Positions 45,560-53,600 of a DNA stretch of 57,869 bases are shown piece after piece (position 1 is the stretch's first letter; each line of letters opens with the position of its first letter). The DNA is taken from positions 16,105 to 73,973 of the forward strand of contig JAZKIM010000004.1 of NCBI GenBank assembly GCA_040384865.1, given 5' to 3'. Below the pieces are notes generated by a model, which saw only the letters and a list, made by a program, of their open reading frames with translations, did not search any database and was not told the DNA's origin. Position numbers and translations under genes: made by a program. The DNA is from Patescibacteria group bacterium. GTDB taxonomy: Bacteria > Patescibacteriota > Minisyncoccia > Phycocordibacterales > CAIZLB01.

Positions 45560-46549
45560 ATGATTACAAAATTAATTTTTTCCAATAATGATTCTGAAAC
45601 TCCGCTACATCACTTGTTTCGACAAGTATGGGGAGTGATAACGGGTCTAGTATATCACGCGCTCGCGCCGCTCGTTTGTATCATTTTATCCACGACAGTT
45701 TTGATGTTTGAAGTATATACATTTGCATATGAAGAGAAGATGAATGATATTGGTGGCTGGTCGGCAAAACCACTGGTAGTTTCGTTTTTGGATATTGATC
45801 AGGGAGACGCAACTCTCATTCGGGCACCAGGCGGTCAAACAATTCTTATTGATGCTGGACAATCAAATAGTCCTATCCTTTCAGAGATCGGAGCGTCATT
45901 GCCTTTTTATAAACATCATATCGACATGATTATAGCTACGCACCCTGATGCCGATCATATCGGTGGACTTCCAAAAGTTGTAGAGAGATACAGTCCTGAA
46001 GTTTTATTGGAGTCAGGAGTACATGCCAATACTTACATTGATCAATCACTGCAAAATATTGTTTCAGAGAAAAAGATACAAGTGCTTCGTGCAAGAAAGG
46101 GAATGACAATTAAATTTGGTGCCAAAGATTTAAAACACATTCAACTGACATTACAGATCTTATTCCCTGATCGAAACGTTGATGACTGGATATCAAAAAC
46201 AAATGACGCATCAATTGTTGCACGATTAAGTTTCGGTAGAACATCATTCATACTTACTGGTGATTCGCCGATTGATATTGAACAGCATTTGGCGGTAACC
46301 GGCGCACTTGGCCATGTAGATATATTAAAGGTTGGACACCATGGTTCGCGCACCTCTACTTCTGAAGAATTTGTTAAAGCACTTACTCCTTCGTTTGCGG
46401 TTATCTCCGTCGGAAAGAAAAACAGATATGGCCATCCTCATCAGGAGGTGCTTCGTGTGTTGGAGAAAAACAAGGTGAAGGTTTTGAGGACTGATGAACA
46501 AGGAAGAATTACGATTGAGAGTGATGGAGAAAAAATTATAGTAGATTAG
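45560..46549 (+). CDS. ComEC C-terminal-type metallo-beta-lactamase domain protein with N-terminal TM anchor
   Basis: FLDIDQGDATLIRAPGGQTILIDAG, ATHPDADHIGGL, LTGDS and VGHHGSRTS are the MBL motifs, as in the nuclease domain of ComEC. Confidence 0.85.
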   Translation: MITKLIFSNNDSETPLHHLFRQVWGVITGLVYHALAPLVCIILSTTVLMFEVYTFAYEEKMNDIGGWSAKPLVVSFLDIDQGDATLIRAPGGQTILIDAGQSNSPILSEIGASLPFYKHHIDMIIATHPDADHIGGLPKVVERYSPEVLLESGVHANTYIDQSLQNIVSEKKIQVLRARKGMTIKFGAKDLKHIQLTLQILFPDRNVDDWISKTNDASIVARLSFGRTSFILTGDSPIDIEQHLAVTGALGHVDILKVGHHGSRTSTSEEFVKALTPSFAVISVGKKNRYGHPHQEVLRVLEKNKVKVLRTDEQGRITIESDGEKIIVD

Positions 46550-46567
46550 TTGTTAATCGTTTTTTAA

Positions 46568-46597
46568 ACACCATGACCTTTTGGAGGTTCATGGTGT
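46568..46597. terminator. bidirectional hairpin between convergent genes
   Basis: acaccatga (46568-46576) pairs with tcatggtgt (46589-46597). Confidence 0.65.
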
Positions 46598-46618
46598 AAT
46601 CTTTTCTGAATTTAAGAT

Positions 46619-46861
46619 TTAGATAATCCCAGCTTTCTTTAAAGTGGCGAAAGCCCCGTTCTTCTGGATAGTTTTAATAGCTTTAGTTGAAATTGTGAGA
46701 GTGATGGTTTTTTTTAATTCAGGAATATACACCTTCTTTTTCTGAAGGTTTGGATACTTTCGAACCATACCTGTAGGGTTGAACTGAGTAGCACGAGTAC
46801 GGTTTGAGTAACCGCCTCCTCGGAGTGAACCTTTCTTAGTGATTGCGCATACTTTTGCCAT
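46619..46861 (-). CDS. rpmB: 50S ribosomal protein L28
   Basis: MAKVCAITKKGSLRGGGYSNRTRATQFNPTGMVRKYPNLQKKKVY...TLTISTKAIKTIQKNG follows the L28 pattern (CxxTGK..., SH/N..., PNLQ). ATG at 46861. Confidence 0.85.
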   Translation of the reverse strand: MAKVCAITKKGSLRGGGYSNRTRATQFNPTGMVRKYPNLQKKKVYIPELKKTITLTISTKAIKTIQKNGAFATLKKAGII

Positions 46862-46925
46862 GTGTTCCAACATGCTATCATATTGTTTACGAAACGCAAC
46901 TCTAAATTAATTTCCAACCAACCCA

Positions 46926-47534
46926 ATGACTGTTATTTTTTCAATCGCAATATTGGTCATTTCCATCGTTGTTCATGAGGTATCCCATGGTATAGCGGCT
47001 CTTTGGCAGGGTGATCCTACTTCTAAATATGCGGGCCGTCTCACTCTGAACCCTCTTAAACATATTGATCCAATAGGTTCTGTTCTTATTCCTGTTATTT
47101 GTGCCTTGCTTCCGGGGGGTATTATGTTTGGTTGGGCAAAGCCGGTGCCTATAAATCCATATAACTTTAGAAACCCTCGATTAGGAGAGGCTATTGTTTC
47201 TTTTGCCGGTCCGCTCTCAAATATTACCATTGCCCTTATTTTTGGGCTTATCTTACGCTTTTATATAGGGGTTTTGCCAGAGGCAACTACCGCCATTTTG
47301 GCAATCACTGTTATAACCAATCTCGTTCTAGCTATTTTCAATCTTGTTCCGGTACCACCCCTCGATGGTTCTAAGATCCTTCTATCCATCCTTCCCGATA
47401 GTATGGCTAATATAAAGGCTGTATTTGATCAGTACGGTATGTTTTTGGCTATTTTCTTCATATTCTTTCTCTGGCAGTACTTCACACCGCTCATATATAT
47501 AGCATTCGGTGCGATCACAGGTCTCTCTTTTTAG
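46926..47534 (+). CDS. M50 (site-2 protease family) membrane zinc metalloprotease
   Basis: HEVSHG (HExxH) lies in the first TM helix. NLVPVPPLDGSKIL is the second metal-ligand motif. The protein is polytopic. Confidence 0.85.
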   Translation: MTVIFSIAILVISIVVHEVSHGIAALWQGDPTSKYAGRLTLNPLKHIDPIGSVLIPVICALLPGGIMFGWAKPVPINPYNFRNPRLGEAIVSFAGPLSNITIALIFGLILRFYIGVLPEATTAILAITVITNLVLAIFNLVPVPPLDGSKILLSILPDSMANIKAVFDQYGMFLAIFFIFFLWQYFTPLIYIAFGAITGLSF

Positions 47535-47537
47535 TAT

Positions 47538-47566
47538 TTGCAATATATAGATATATATAGTAATCT
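47538..47566 (+). promoter_or_regulatory. candidate promoter of rpsL-rpsG
   Basis: TTGCAA, 17-nt spacer, TAATCT. It lies 45 nt upstream of the rpsL ATG. Confidence 0.5.
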
Positions 47567-47610
47567 AGCCCTACTGTATTTTTGTTTTCAAAAAGGCAGA
47601 AAAATAAGAA

Positions 47611-48027
47611 ATGCCAACATTAAATCAACTCATCAAGAAGAATCGTTCTAAAACGAAGCGAAAGAGTAAGGCCATTGCCCTCACTCGTGGTTTTAACGTT
47701 CTAAAGAACCGACCTATATTTTACAACTCTCCTTTTAAGCGAGGTGTATGTTCAAAGGTAACAACCAAAACTCCTCGAAAGCCTAACTCGGCTATTCGAA
47801 AGATTGCTCGAGTTCGACTTACAAACGGAATGGAGGTTACTGCGTACATTCCGGGTGAAGGTCACAATCTTCAGGAGCATTCAGTGGTACTCCTCCGAGG
47901 TGGACGAGTGAAAGATGTAGGTATTCGATATACTATTGTTCGAGGTAAGCTCGATACGGCTGGTGTCGAAAAGCGACGAAAGCAGCGATCAGCATATGGT
48001 ACAAAGCGACCGAAGGCTGCAAAGTAG
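47611..48027 (+). CDS. rpsL: 30S ribosomal protein S12
   Basis: [10 protein letters not shown]...[49 protein letters not shown] is canonical. Confidence 0.97.
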   Translation: MPTLNQLIKKNRSKTKRKSKAIALTRGFNVLKNRPIFYNSPFKRGVCSKVTTKTPRKPNSAIRKIARVRLTNGMEVTAYIPGEGHNLQEHSVVLLRGGRVKDVGIRYTIVRGKLDTAGVEKRRKQRSAYGTKRPKAAK

Positions 48028-48118
48028 ACTCATACTATAGAGTAAGTATTTCGTGAAGCGACGAGATAACTGAAGAAAATCTATAGAAAAATTATTACCG
48101 AATTAATTAAATAAAGAA

Positions 48119-48589
48119 ATGCGACGAAAAGTAAAAAATCGAAATATTGTAACAGCAGAGTCTAAATACAACTCTGATGTTTTGGCTAAGTTCATAAACT
48201 ATTGTATGTACGACGGAAAGAAGGAAACGGCGCGACGAGTAGTATACGGAGCACTTGAAACTATCAAGGAAAAATCAAAAACAGAAAATCCAATTGAAAT
48301 TTTCGATACAGCTATGAAGAACGCCGGTCCTGCTGTTGAAGTTCGATCACGACGAGTCGGTGGGGCTAACTACCAGGTGCCTCGAGAGGTTCGACCAGAA
48401 CGACGCTCATACCTCGCTATGCGATGGATTATCGATGCAGCTCGAGCTAAGAAGGGAAAGGCTATGCATATTAAGCTTGCTGACGAATTGATTGCAGCTG
48501 CAAACAACGAAGGTGAAGCTATCAAGAAGCGAGATAACACTCACAAGATGGCTGAAGCTAACAAGGCTTTTGCTCACTTTGCTTGGTAA
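48119..48589 (+). CDS. rpsG: 30S ribosomal protein S7
   Basis: ...DGKKETARRVVYGALE...AMKNAGPAVEVRSRRVGGANYQVPREVRPERR...A. Confidence 0.97.
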   Translation: MRRKVKNRNIVTAESKYNSDVLAKFINYCMYDGKKETARRVVYGALETIKEKSKTENPIEIFDTAMKNAGPAVEVRSRRVGGANYQVPREVRPERRSYLAMRWIIDAARAKKGKAMHIKLADELIAAANNEGEAIKKRDNTHKMAEANKAFAHFAW

Positions 48590-48600
48590 TTTAAGTTACA

Positions 48601-48640
48601 CGTAACAAAAAAGAGCTCCGAGAGGGGCTTTTTTGTTACG
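48601..48640 (+). terminator. terminator after rpsG
   Basis: The outer 13-bp stem pairs cgtaacaaaaaag with cttttttgttacg. The inner stem agcucc-GAGA-ggggcu is followed by UUUUUU. Confidence 0.75.
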
Positions 48641-48677
48641 GCCTATCAAGAAATATTCCTTATGCACTTGGTAATTC

Positions 48678-48702
48678 AAAAAGGCCCTACGGAGGGCCCT
48701 TT
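48678..48702 (-). terminator. terminator of the antisense 57-aa gene
   Basis: The minus-strand RNA reads aaagggccc-uccgu-agggccuuuuu, with the U-run on the minus-strand side only. It lies 18 nt below the stop at 48720. Confidence 0.65.
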
Positions 48703-48719
48703 GAAGATTACCGATTGGC

Positions 48720-48893
48720 TTATTCACCTCGATCCCTTCGAATTTGTGCGACAATTTGTCGCATTTTCCAGCGACTCCTTTCAGATATTTCCCTAGCTTC
48801 GGCAACGCTAGATCGCATCTCGATGATGATTGCCCGCAGTTTCTCTTCTTGTTCCTTTGTCGGGGGACTGCCGATATAAACTTTAGCTGACAT
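48720..48893 (-). CDS. small hypothetical protein (57 aa) encoded antisense between rpsG and fusA; not in the supplied ORF track
   Basis: My translation is MSAKVYIGSPPTKEQEEKLRAIIIEMRSSVAEAREISERSRWKMRQIVAQIRRDRGE*. A strong SD (gaAGGAGGtaacATG) precedes it and its own terminator follows. The listed 69-aa ORF 48596-48805 is in another frame and runs through both hairpins. Confidence 0.65.
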   Translation of the reverse strand: MSAKVYIGSPPTKEQEEKLRAIIIEMRSSVAEAREISERSRWKMRQIVAQIRRDRGE

Positions 48894-49077
48894 GTTACCT
48901 CCTTCTGCTTATAACACTAACACACAATGATTTGCCTTAAAAATGCTAAATAAAGGCATTGCCAATGCCCTTATTTAATGCTATTTTACCCATACGACTT
49001 TTAGTCTCTCTTTTAGCCTATAGTCGGTGCATTATTAACTCGCGGCGTTTGCCGCATATTTATTCAATAAATTATTT

Positions 49078-51222
49078 ATGAATCGAGATTATCCATTAGA
49101 GAAAGTAAGAAACTTCGGTATCATTGCCCACATTGATGCTGGTAAGACAACTACGTCTGAACGTATTCTTTACTACACCGGTATGTCACACAAGATTGGT
49201 GAAGTGCACGAAGGAGAGGCGACGACCGATTGGATGGAACAGGAAAAGGAGCGAGGTATTACAATTACCGCCGCTGCCATCACATGTTTCTGGAGTCCTA
49301 CCTACATGGGTACAGACAAATCTCAAATGCACCGATTCAATATCATCGACACTCCAGGCCACGTGGACTTCACGGTAGAAGTGGAGCGATCTCTTAAAGT
49401 TCTTGACGGAGGTGTTGTGGTATTCGACGGTGTTGCTGGTGTAGAACCACAGTCAGAAACAGTATGGAGGCAGGCTGACAAGTATAATGTTCCTCGAGTC
49501 TGCTTTATTAATAAGCTTGATCGAACAGGAGCATCTTTCGAACGATCATACGCATCTATTCTTAGTCGATTGAACAAAAATGCTGTTCGAATGCAGCTTC
49601 CTATTGGTTTCGAGGGTGATTTCGAAGCTGTTGTAGATCTACTTACGATGAAGGCATACTATTTCGAGGGTGATATGGGTAGCACTGTGGTTGAAAAAGA
49701 AATTCCAGCAGACTTGGTTGCAGATGCTACAAAGTATCGAGCTGAATTGGTTGAAAAAATTGTCGAGTTCGAAGATTCAATGATGAACGCGTATCTTGAA
49801 GGAAAGACAGATTTTGCAATCTCAGAACTTAAAGCCGCTCTTCGAAAGGGTGTTATTGCCGGAAAGATTTTTCCAGTATTTACTGGTTCTGCCTTGAAGA
49901 ACAAGGGTACTCAGCTTATTCTCGATGCTGTTGTCGACTATCTTCCGTCTCCACTCGATGTTCCTCCAGTAAAAGGTATTGATCCAAACACGAACGAAGA
50001 GATTGTTCGACATGCTTCTGACGAAGAGCCATTTGCTGCGCTTGCATTCAAACTTCAGACAGACCCGTTTGTCGGACAACTCACTTTCTTCCGTGTGTAC
50101 TCAGGTACTATTGAAGCAGGCTCATATATATATAACTCAACGACGGGAAACAAAGAAAGACTTGGTCGAATTGTGCGACTTCAGGCGAACAAGCGGGAAG
50201 AGGTGAAGAAAGTATACTCTGGTGAAATTGCCGCTGCGGTGGGTCTCAAAGAAGCAAAAACATCTCATACTTTTTGTGATGAAAACAAGCCAATTGTTCT
50301 TGATCCAATTAAGTTTGCGGAACCAGTAGTATCACTTCGAATTGAACCGAAGACAAAAGCAGATCAGGAAAAGATGGGAGGCGCGCTTAAGAAGCTTGGC
50401 GATGAAGATCCAACATTCCGAATTTCATCAAATCCTGAAACAGGTGAAACTATCATTTCGGGTATGGGTGAACTCCATCTTGAGATTATGGTTGATCGAA
50501 TGAAGCGCGAGTTCGCTGTTGAAGCAAACGTTGGAAAGCCACAGGTGGCATATCGAGAAACAATTCTCGGCGAAGCAGAGGAAGAATATAAATATATTAA
50601 GCAGTCCGGAGGTAAGGGTCAGTATGGTCATGTGCGACTGAAGCTTAAGAAACTTGAGCCATGGGAAGAAGGAAAGAAGATCCCGAAGAATGTACACCGA
50701 GACGAAACATTTGAATTCATCGATTCTATCAAAGGAGGTGTTATTCCGATTGAGTTCATCCCTGCTGTAGAAAAGGGCGTGCGAGAAGCAATGGAACGAG
50801 GTATCGTTGCGGGCTTTCCAATGGTGGGCATCTCTTGTGAACTTCTTTTCGGTTCATATCATGATGTTGACTCATCTGAAATCGCCTATAAAATTGCTGC
50901 ATCTCAGGCTTTCCAGGCAGGTGCCAAGCGAGCCCGACCGGTTATTCTTGAACCTATCATGAAAGTGGAATGTGTTATGCCGGAACAGTTCATGGGTGAT
51001 GTTACTGGCTCTCTTTCATCTAAGCGAGGACAGATTGAAGGTATGGAAGATAGAGGTTTGAACAAGGTGATCAAGGCGACTGTACCTTTGTCAGAAATGT
51101 TTGGTTACACAACTGATATTCGATCTATGACACAGGGTCGAGGTTCTATGACAATGGAATTTGATCACTATGACGTGGTACCACCAAATGTAGAGAAGAC
51201 TATTGCAGAGTCTAGAAAATAA
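49078..51222 (+). CDS. fusA: elongation factor G
   Basis: [33 protein letters not shown], and domains II-V through ...[10 protein letters not shown]. Confidence 0.97.
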   Translation: MNRDYPLEKVRNFGIIAHIDAGKTTTSERILYYTGMSHKIGEVHEGEATTDWMEQEKERGITITAAAITCFWSPTYMGTDKSQMHRFNIIDTPGHVDFTVEVERSLKVLDGGVVVFDGVAGVEPQSETVWRQADKYNVPRVCFINKLDRTGASFERSYASILSRLNKNAVRMQLPIGFEGDFEAVVDLLTMKAYYFEGDMGSTVVEKEIPADLVADATKYRAELVEKIVEFEDSMMNAYLEGKTDFAISELKAALRKGVIAGKIFPVFTGSALKNKGTQLILDAVVDYLPSPLDVPPVKGIDPNTNEEIVRHASDEEPFAALAFKLQTDPFVGQLTFFRVYSGTIEAGSYIYNSTTGNKERLGRIVRLQANKREEVKKVYSGEIAAAVGLKEAKTSHTFCDENKPIVLDPIKFAEPVVSLRIEPKTKADQEKMGGALKKLGDEDPTFRISSNPETGETIISGMGELHLEIMVDRMKREFAVEANVGKPQVAYRETILGEAEEEYKYIKQSGGKGQYGHVRLKLKKLEPWEEGKKIPKNVHRDETFEFIDSIKGGVIPIEFIPAVEKGVREAMERGIVAGFPMVGISCELLFGSYHDVDSSEIAYKIAASQAFQAGAKRARPVILEPIMKVECVMPEQFMGDVTGSLSSKRGQIEGMEDRGLNKVIKATVPLSEMFGYTTDIRSMTQGRGSMTMEFDHYDVVPPNVEKTIAESRK

Positions 51223-51234
51223 ATAAAAATATTT

Positions 51235-51282
51235 CTTAGAAAAAACACTCATACCAAGAGCGGTAGGGGTGTTTTTTCTAAG
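51235..51282 (+). terminator. terminator after fusA
   Basis: Perfect 14-bp stem pairing cttagaaaaaacac with gtgttttttctaag. Confidence 0.75.
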
Positions 51283-51338
51283 CACACTCCTGATCTATTT
51301 GCGAAAGATTCCACTCGCGTGGTAGGCTTCGGTAAGCT

Positions 51339-51533
51339 ATGCTCACACTCATTCTGCATGCGGATCTCTTGAGATCGGCTAATCAAACGGAAAGGCTTTA
51401 CAGAGTGATAGAGGGTTTGGATGAAACATTCCTTTTGACCTCTGATCTTGCTGCTCTTAAGAAAAAAGGGCAACCATTTCAGATAATCAAAAGTGAAAAG
51501 TATTATCGCAAGCATCTCCATCAGGCCTTGTAA
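51339..51533 (+). CDS. hypothetical small protein in the GC-rich insert
   Basis: 64-aa ORF with an ATG start, followed 7 nt later by a GC hairpin plus T-run. There is no SD, and a longer antisense ORF competes with it (51249-51521). Confidence 0.35.
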   Translation: MLTLILHADLLRSANQTERLYRVIEGLDETFLLTSDLAALKKKGQPFQIIKSEKYYRKHLHQAL

Positions 51534-51539
51534 GTATTT

Positions 51540-51571
51540 CAGCGCGCCCGTTAAGGCGCGCTGTACTTTTT
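51540..51571 (+). terminator. GC-rich hairpin terminator
   Basis: cagcgcgcc-cgttaa-ggcgcgctg followed by tacttttta. Confidence 0.65.
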
Positions 51572-51587
51572 ATAAAAAATGGATATT

Positions 51588-51628
51588 AAAAACACCCTGC
51601 GCGGTTCAATTCCGCGCAGGGTGTTTTT
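51588..51628 (-). terminator. 17-bp perfect hairpin with a T-loop-like 7-nt loop; terminator of the 180-aa gene
   Basis: aaaaacaccctgcgcgg-TTCAATT-ccgcgcagggtgttttt. It lies 12 nt from the stop at 51640. Confidence 0.75.
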
Positions 51629-51639
51629 GATGAATGTTG

Positions 51640-52182
51640 TTAGAGGAGCGTTTTGGCGATACCTGCCCATCCGTTTTCTACGCGGTGGACGGCTTGATGG
51701 CAGCGTCTTGTTTTCGACGGCTGCTTGGTGGACATGATGTACAAAGTTCCGACCACAGGGAGTTTGTCGGCGATATCTTCCCGCGTAAGGAGAGCGTGTG
51801 TTACGCCAATGCGGTGAAGGTCAGCGCTGATCGTTCCGACCCTATAAAATCGAAGGTCCGCCGGTTTCATCCCGCTTAAACGCAAGATGTCAGATGTTTC
51901 AACCCATCGACGATCGTACGGTTCTTTTCCTTTGGCTCCGATGAGTAGCACTCGATTGAAGCACCGGTTTGCGACGATTTGACGAAGGAAACAAAATGCT
52001 CCGCTAGTGGCGCGCCGACCTTTCGAACGGGGATTGTACACGGCGGAATGATGGCTCATTTCACTCGGGGAAATGATGGGGCCATCAAGGAAGACGGCAA
52101 GGATTTTCGGTATTTTCATAACTTTTCTAAGGGGTTCTTTTTGGTTGGGGTGGTTGTTTTTGGTCTGATAGAAAATATACAT
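51640..52182 (-). CDS. hypothetical protein in the GC-rich insert (weak, unverified resemblance to HAD/NT5C-like layout)
   Basis: 180-aa ORF, with an alternative ATG at 52119 (MKIPKILAVFLDGPII...). It uses CGC/CGG/CGT/AGG Arg codons, unlike the host genes. A strong terminator follows. The plus-strand ORFs here look like shadows. Confidence 0.6.
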   Translation of the reverse strand: MYIFYQTKNNHPNQKEPLRKVMKIPKILAVFLDGPIISPSEMSHHSAVYNPRSKGRRATSGAFCFLRQIVANRCFNRVLLIGAKGKEPYDRRWVETSDILRLSGMKPADLRFYRVGTISADLHRIGVTHALLTREDIADKLPVVGTLYIMSTKQPSKTRRCHQAVHRVENGWAGIAKTLL

Positions 52183-52234
52183 TAAAATCCTTAAAATAAA
52201 AGTCTCGTAGTTTTTGTTATATACTTGGATGAAT

Positions 52235-52996
52235 ATGAAGATAGTTATTATTGGCGGAACTGGGGGAATGGGGAAATCTCTTATGAGGTTTTTTCATTCC
52301 AAAAAGATTACTACCAAGGCAATCGGCCGAGCCACACTTACACCAGCTATTCATTTGCGATCTGCTGATATCGTTGTCATCTCCGTTCCAAGCAGAGCGT
52401 TATCCTACGCGGTTAATCTTTTGTCTGGAATAGATTTATCAAAGAAACTCATCGTAAGTCTTGGATCAATCATGACTCATGATCAAGGGGTTCTTAAGGG
52501 CCTCTCGGCGCCAGTTTTGCATCTCCATCAGTTGTTTGGTCCGCAAGTATATCCTTTTACACATCAGCGAATGATAGTTTCCGGTGCTACCAAACAGCCC
52601 TTTTCAAGATTTCTTCTTTCCTTGTTCAAAAAGGACAACGTCTCCATTCAGGTATTAAAGCTCTCTGAGCATGATAAGTTGATGGCTTCAGTTCAAGCTC
52701 TTTCTCAGTTTTCGACCATATCTTTAGGCAAAACCCTATCGGAATCAGGCAATTCGATGAAAAAACTTAAAAATGGAGCCTCTGTTACTTTTAACATGAG
52801 TATGGAGGTGATATGTAGAATTATGGCTCAAAAGGCTGATTTGTGGGCTTTTTTGCAGTTTGAGAACCCTTTTGCTTTAAAGGTTATGGAGAAACACTTA
52901 AAAAATGTTCAGTTAATGATAAATATGGCTAAGAATAAGGATTATAAAAAATTTGAGCAATTTTTTAATAAAACAGCAAAATTTTGGATTAATTAA
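52235..52996 (+). CDS. prephenate/arogenate dehydrogenase family protein
   Basis: Rossmann N-terminus MKIVIIGGTGGMGKSL, LHQLFGP (the HPMFGP-type motif with His retained) and SEHDKLMASVQALSQF (the EHD...A....L.H-type motif). ATG at 52235; the track TTG start is at 52214. Confidence 0.75.
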   Translation: MKIVIIGGTGGMGKSLMRFFHSKKITTKAIGRATLTPAIHLRSADIVVISVPSRALSYAVNLLSGIDLSKKLIVSLGSIMTHDQGVLKGLSAPVLHLHQLFGPQVYPFTHQRMIVSGATKQPFSRFLLSLFKKDNVSIQVLKLSEHDKLMASVQALSQFSTISLGKTLSESGNSMKKLKNGASVTFNMSMEVICRIMAQKADLWAFLQFENPFALKVMEKHLKNVQLMINMAKNKDYKKFEQFFNKTAKFWIN

Positions 52997-53014
52997 TATT
53001 AAACGCTTAATTAT

Positions 53015-53296
53015 ATGAATGAATTAGAATTTTTACGAGAAAGAATTAATCAAATAGATTCTGGTTTAATCGACCTACTGTCCGATAGGTTGTGGATTAT
53101 TAAAGAAGTGGCTGAATATAAGGCTAAAAACAACCTTCCGATATATCAACCAGAGCGAGAAGTTGAAGTTTTCAGTAGGTTACGAGCCTTGTCAGATCAA
53201 AAGGGCCTTGATTATGCATATATAGAGCCTCTTTTTAAATTGATCATTAAAAATTCAAGAGAGATTCAGGAAGGGAAGATAAAAAACATAGTCTAG
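53015..53296 (+). CDS. chorismate mutase (AroQ type II)
   Basis: LEFLRERINQIDSGLIDLLSDRLWIIKEVAEYKAKNNLPIYQPEREVEV...LFKLIIKNSREIQ, the AroQ helical-bundle signature. Confidence 0.85.
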   Translation: MNELEFLRERINQIDSGLIDLLSDRLWIIKEVAEYKAKNNLPIYQPEREVEVFSRLRALSDQKGLDYAYIEPLFKLIIKNSREIQEGKIKNIV

Positions 53297-53330
53297 TTAT
53301 GCTTCTATAAAGGTCAATCTCGAATTTTAG

Positions 53331-53358
53331 TTGACATTGCTAGATGATTTGCTAATAT
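53331..53358 (+). promoter_or_regulatory. candidate promoter for tuf
   Basis: TTGACA, 16-nt spacer, TAATAT. It lies about 240 nt upstream of the tuf ATG. Confidence 0.55.
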
Positions 53359-53600
53359 CACCAGTACGCGTTTTCGCGTTTTTTTGTCAGGCATCTTGGC
53401 TCTCGTTTGGAAATATATTGAGGCACATACATAGTAGACAGCGTGAGTTTTCTACTAACATCAAAGCCACTCTCTTTCACAACACCGAGGACAAAGCACT
53501 GTCGACAAAATTTTATCAAAAATAATTAAATTACGGCTTATTTGCTAGCTATAAGGCAATCTCGCGCTCTTATAGGTGGTAACTAATCCGCTCCAAATAT

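Noticed and set aside
48596-48805. 69-aa minus-strand ORF listed in the track between rpsG and fusA
   Set aside because: It runs through two terminator hairpins and has no SD. The overlapping 57-aa frame (48720-48893) has a perfect SD and its own terminator, so I prefer that one.
53331-53525. 64-aa plus-strand ORF upstream of tuf
   Set aside because: Its start is the TTG of the promoter -35 hexamer. It has no SD and no recognisable motif, so the region is more simply the tuf leader.
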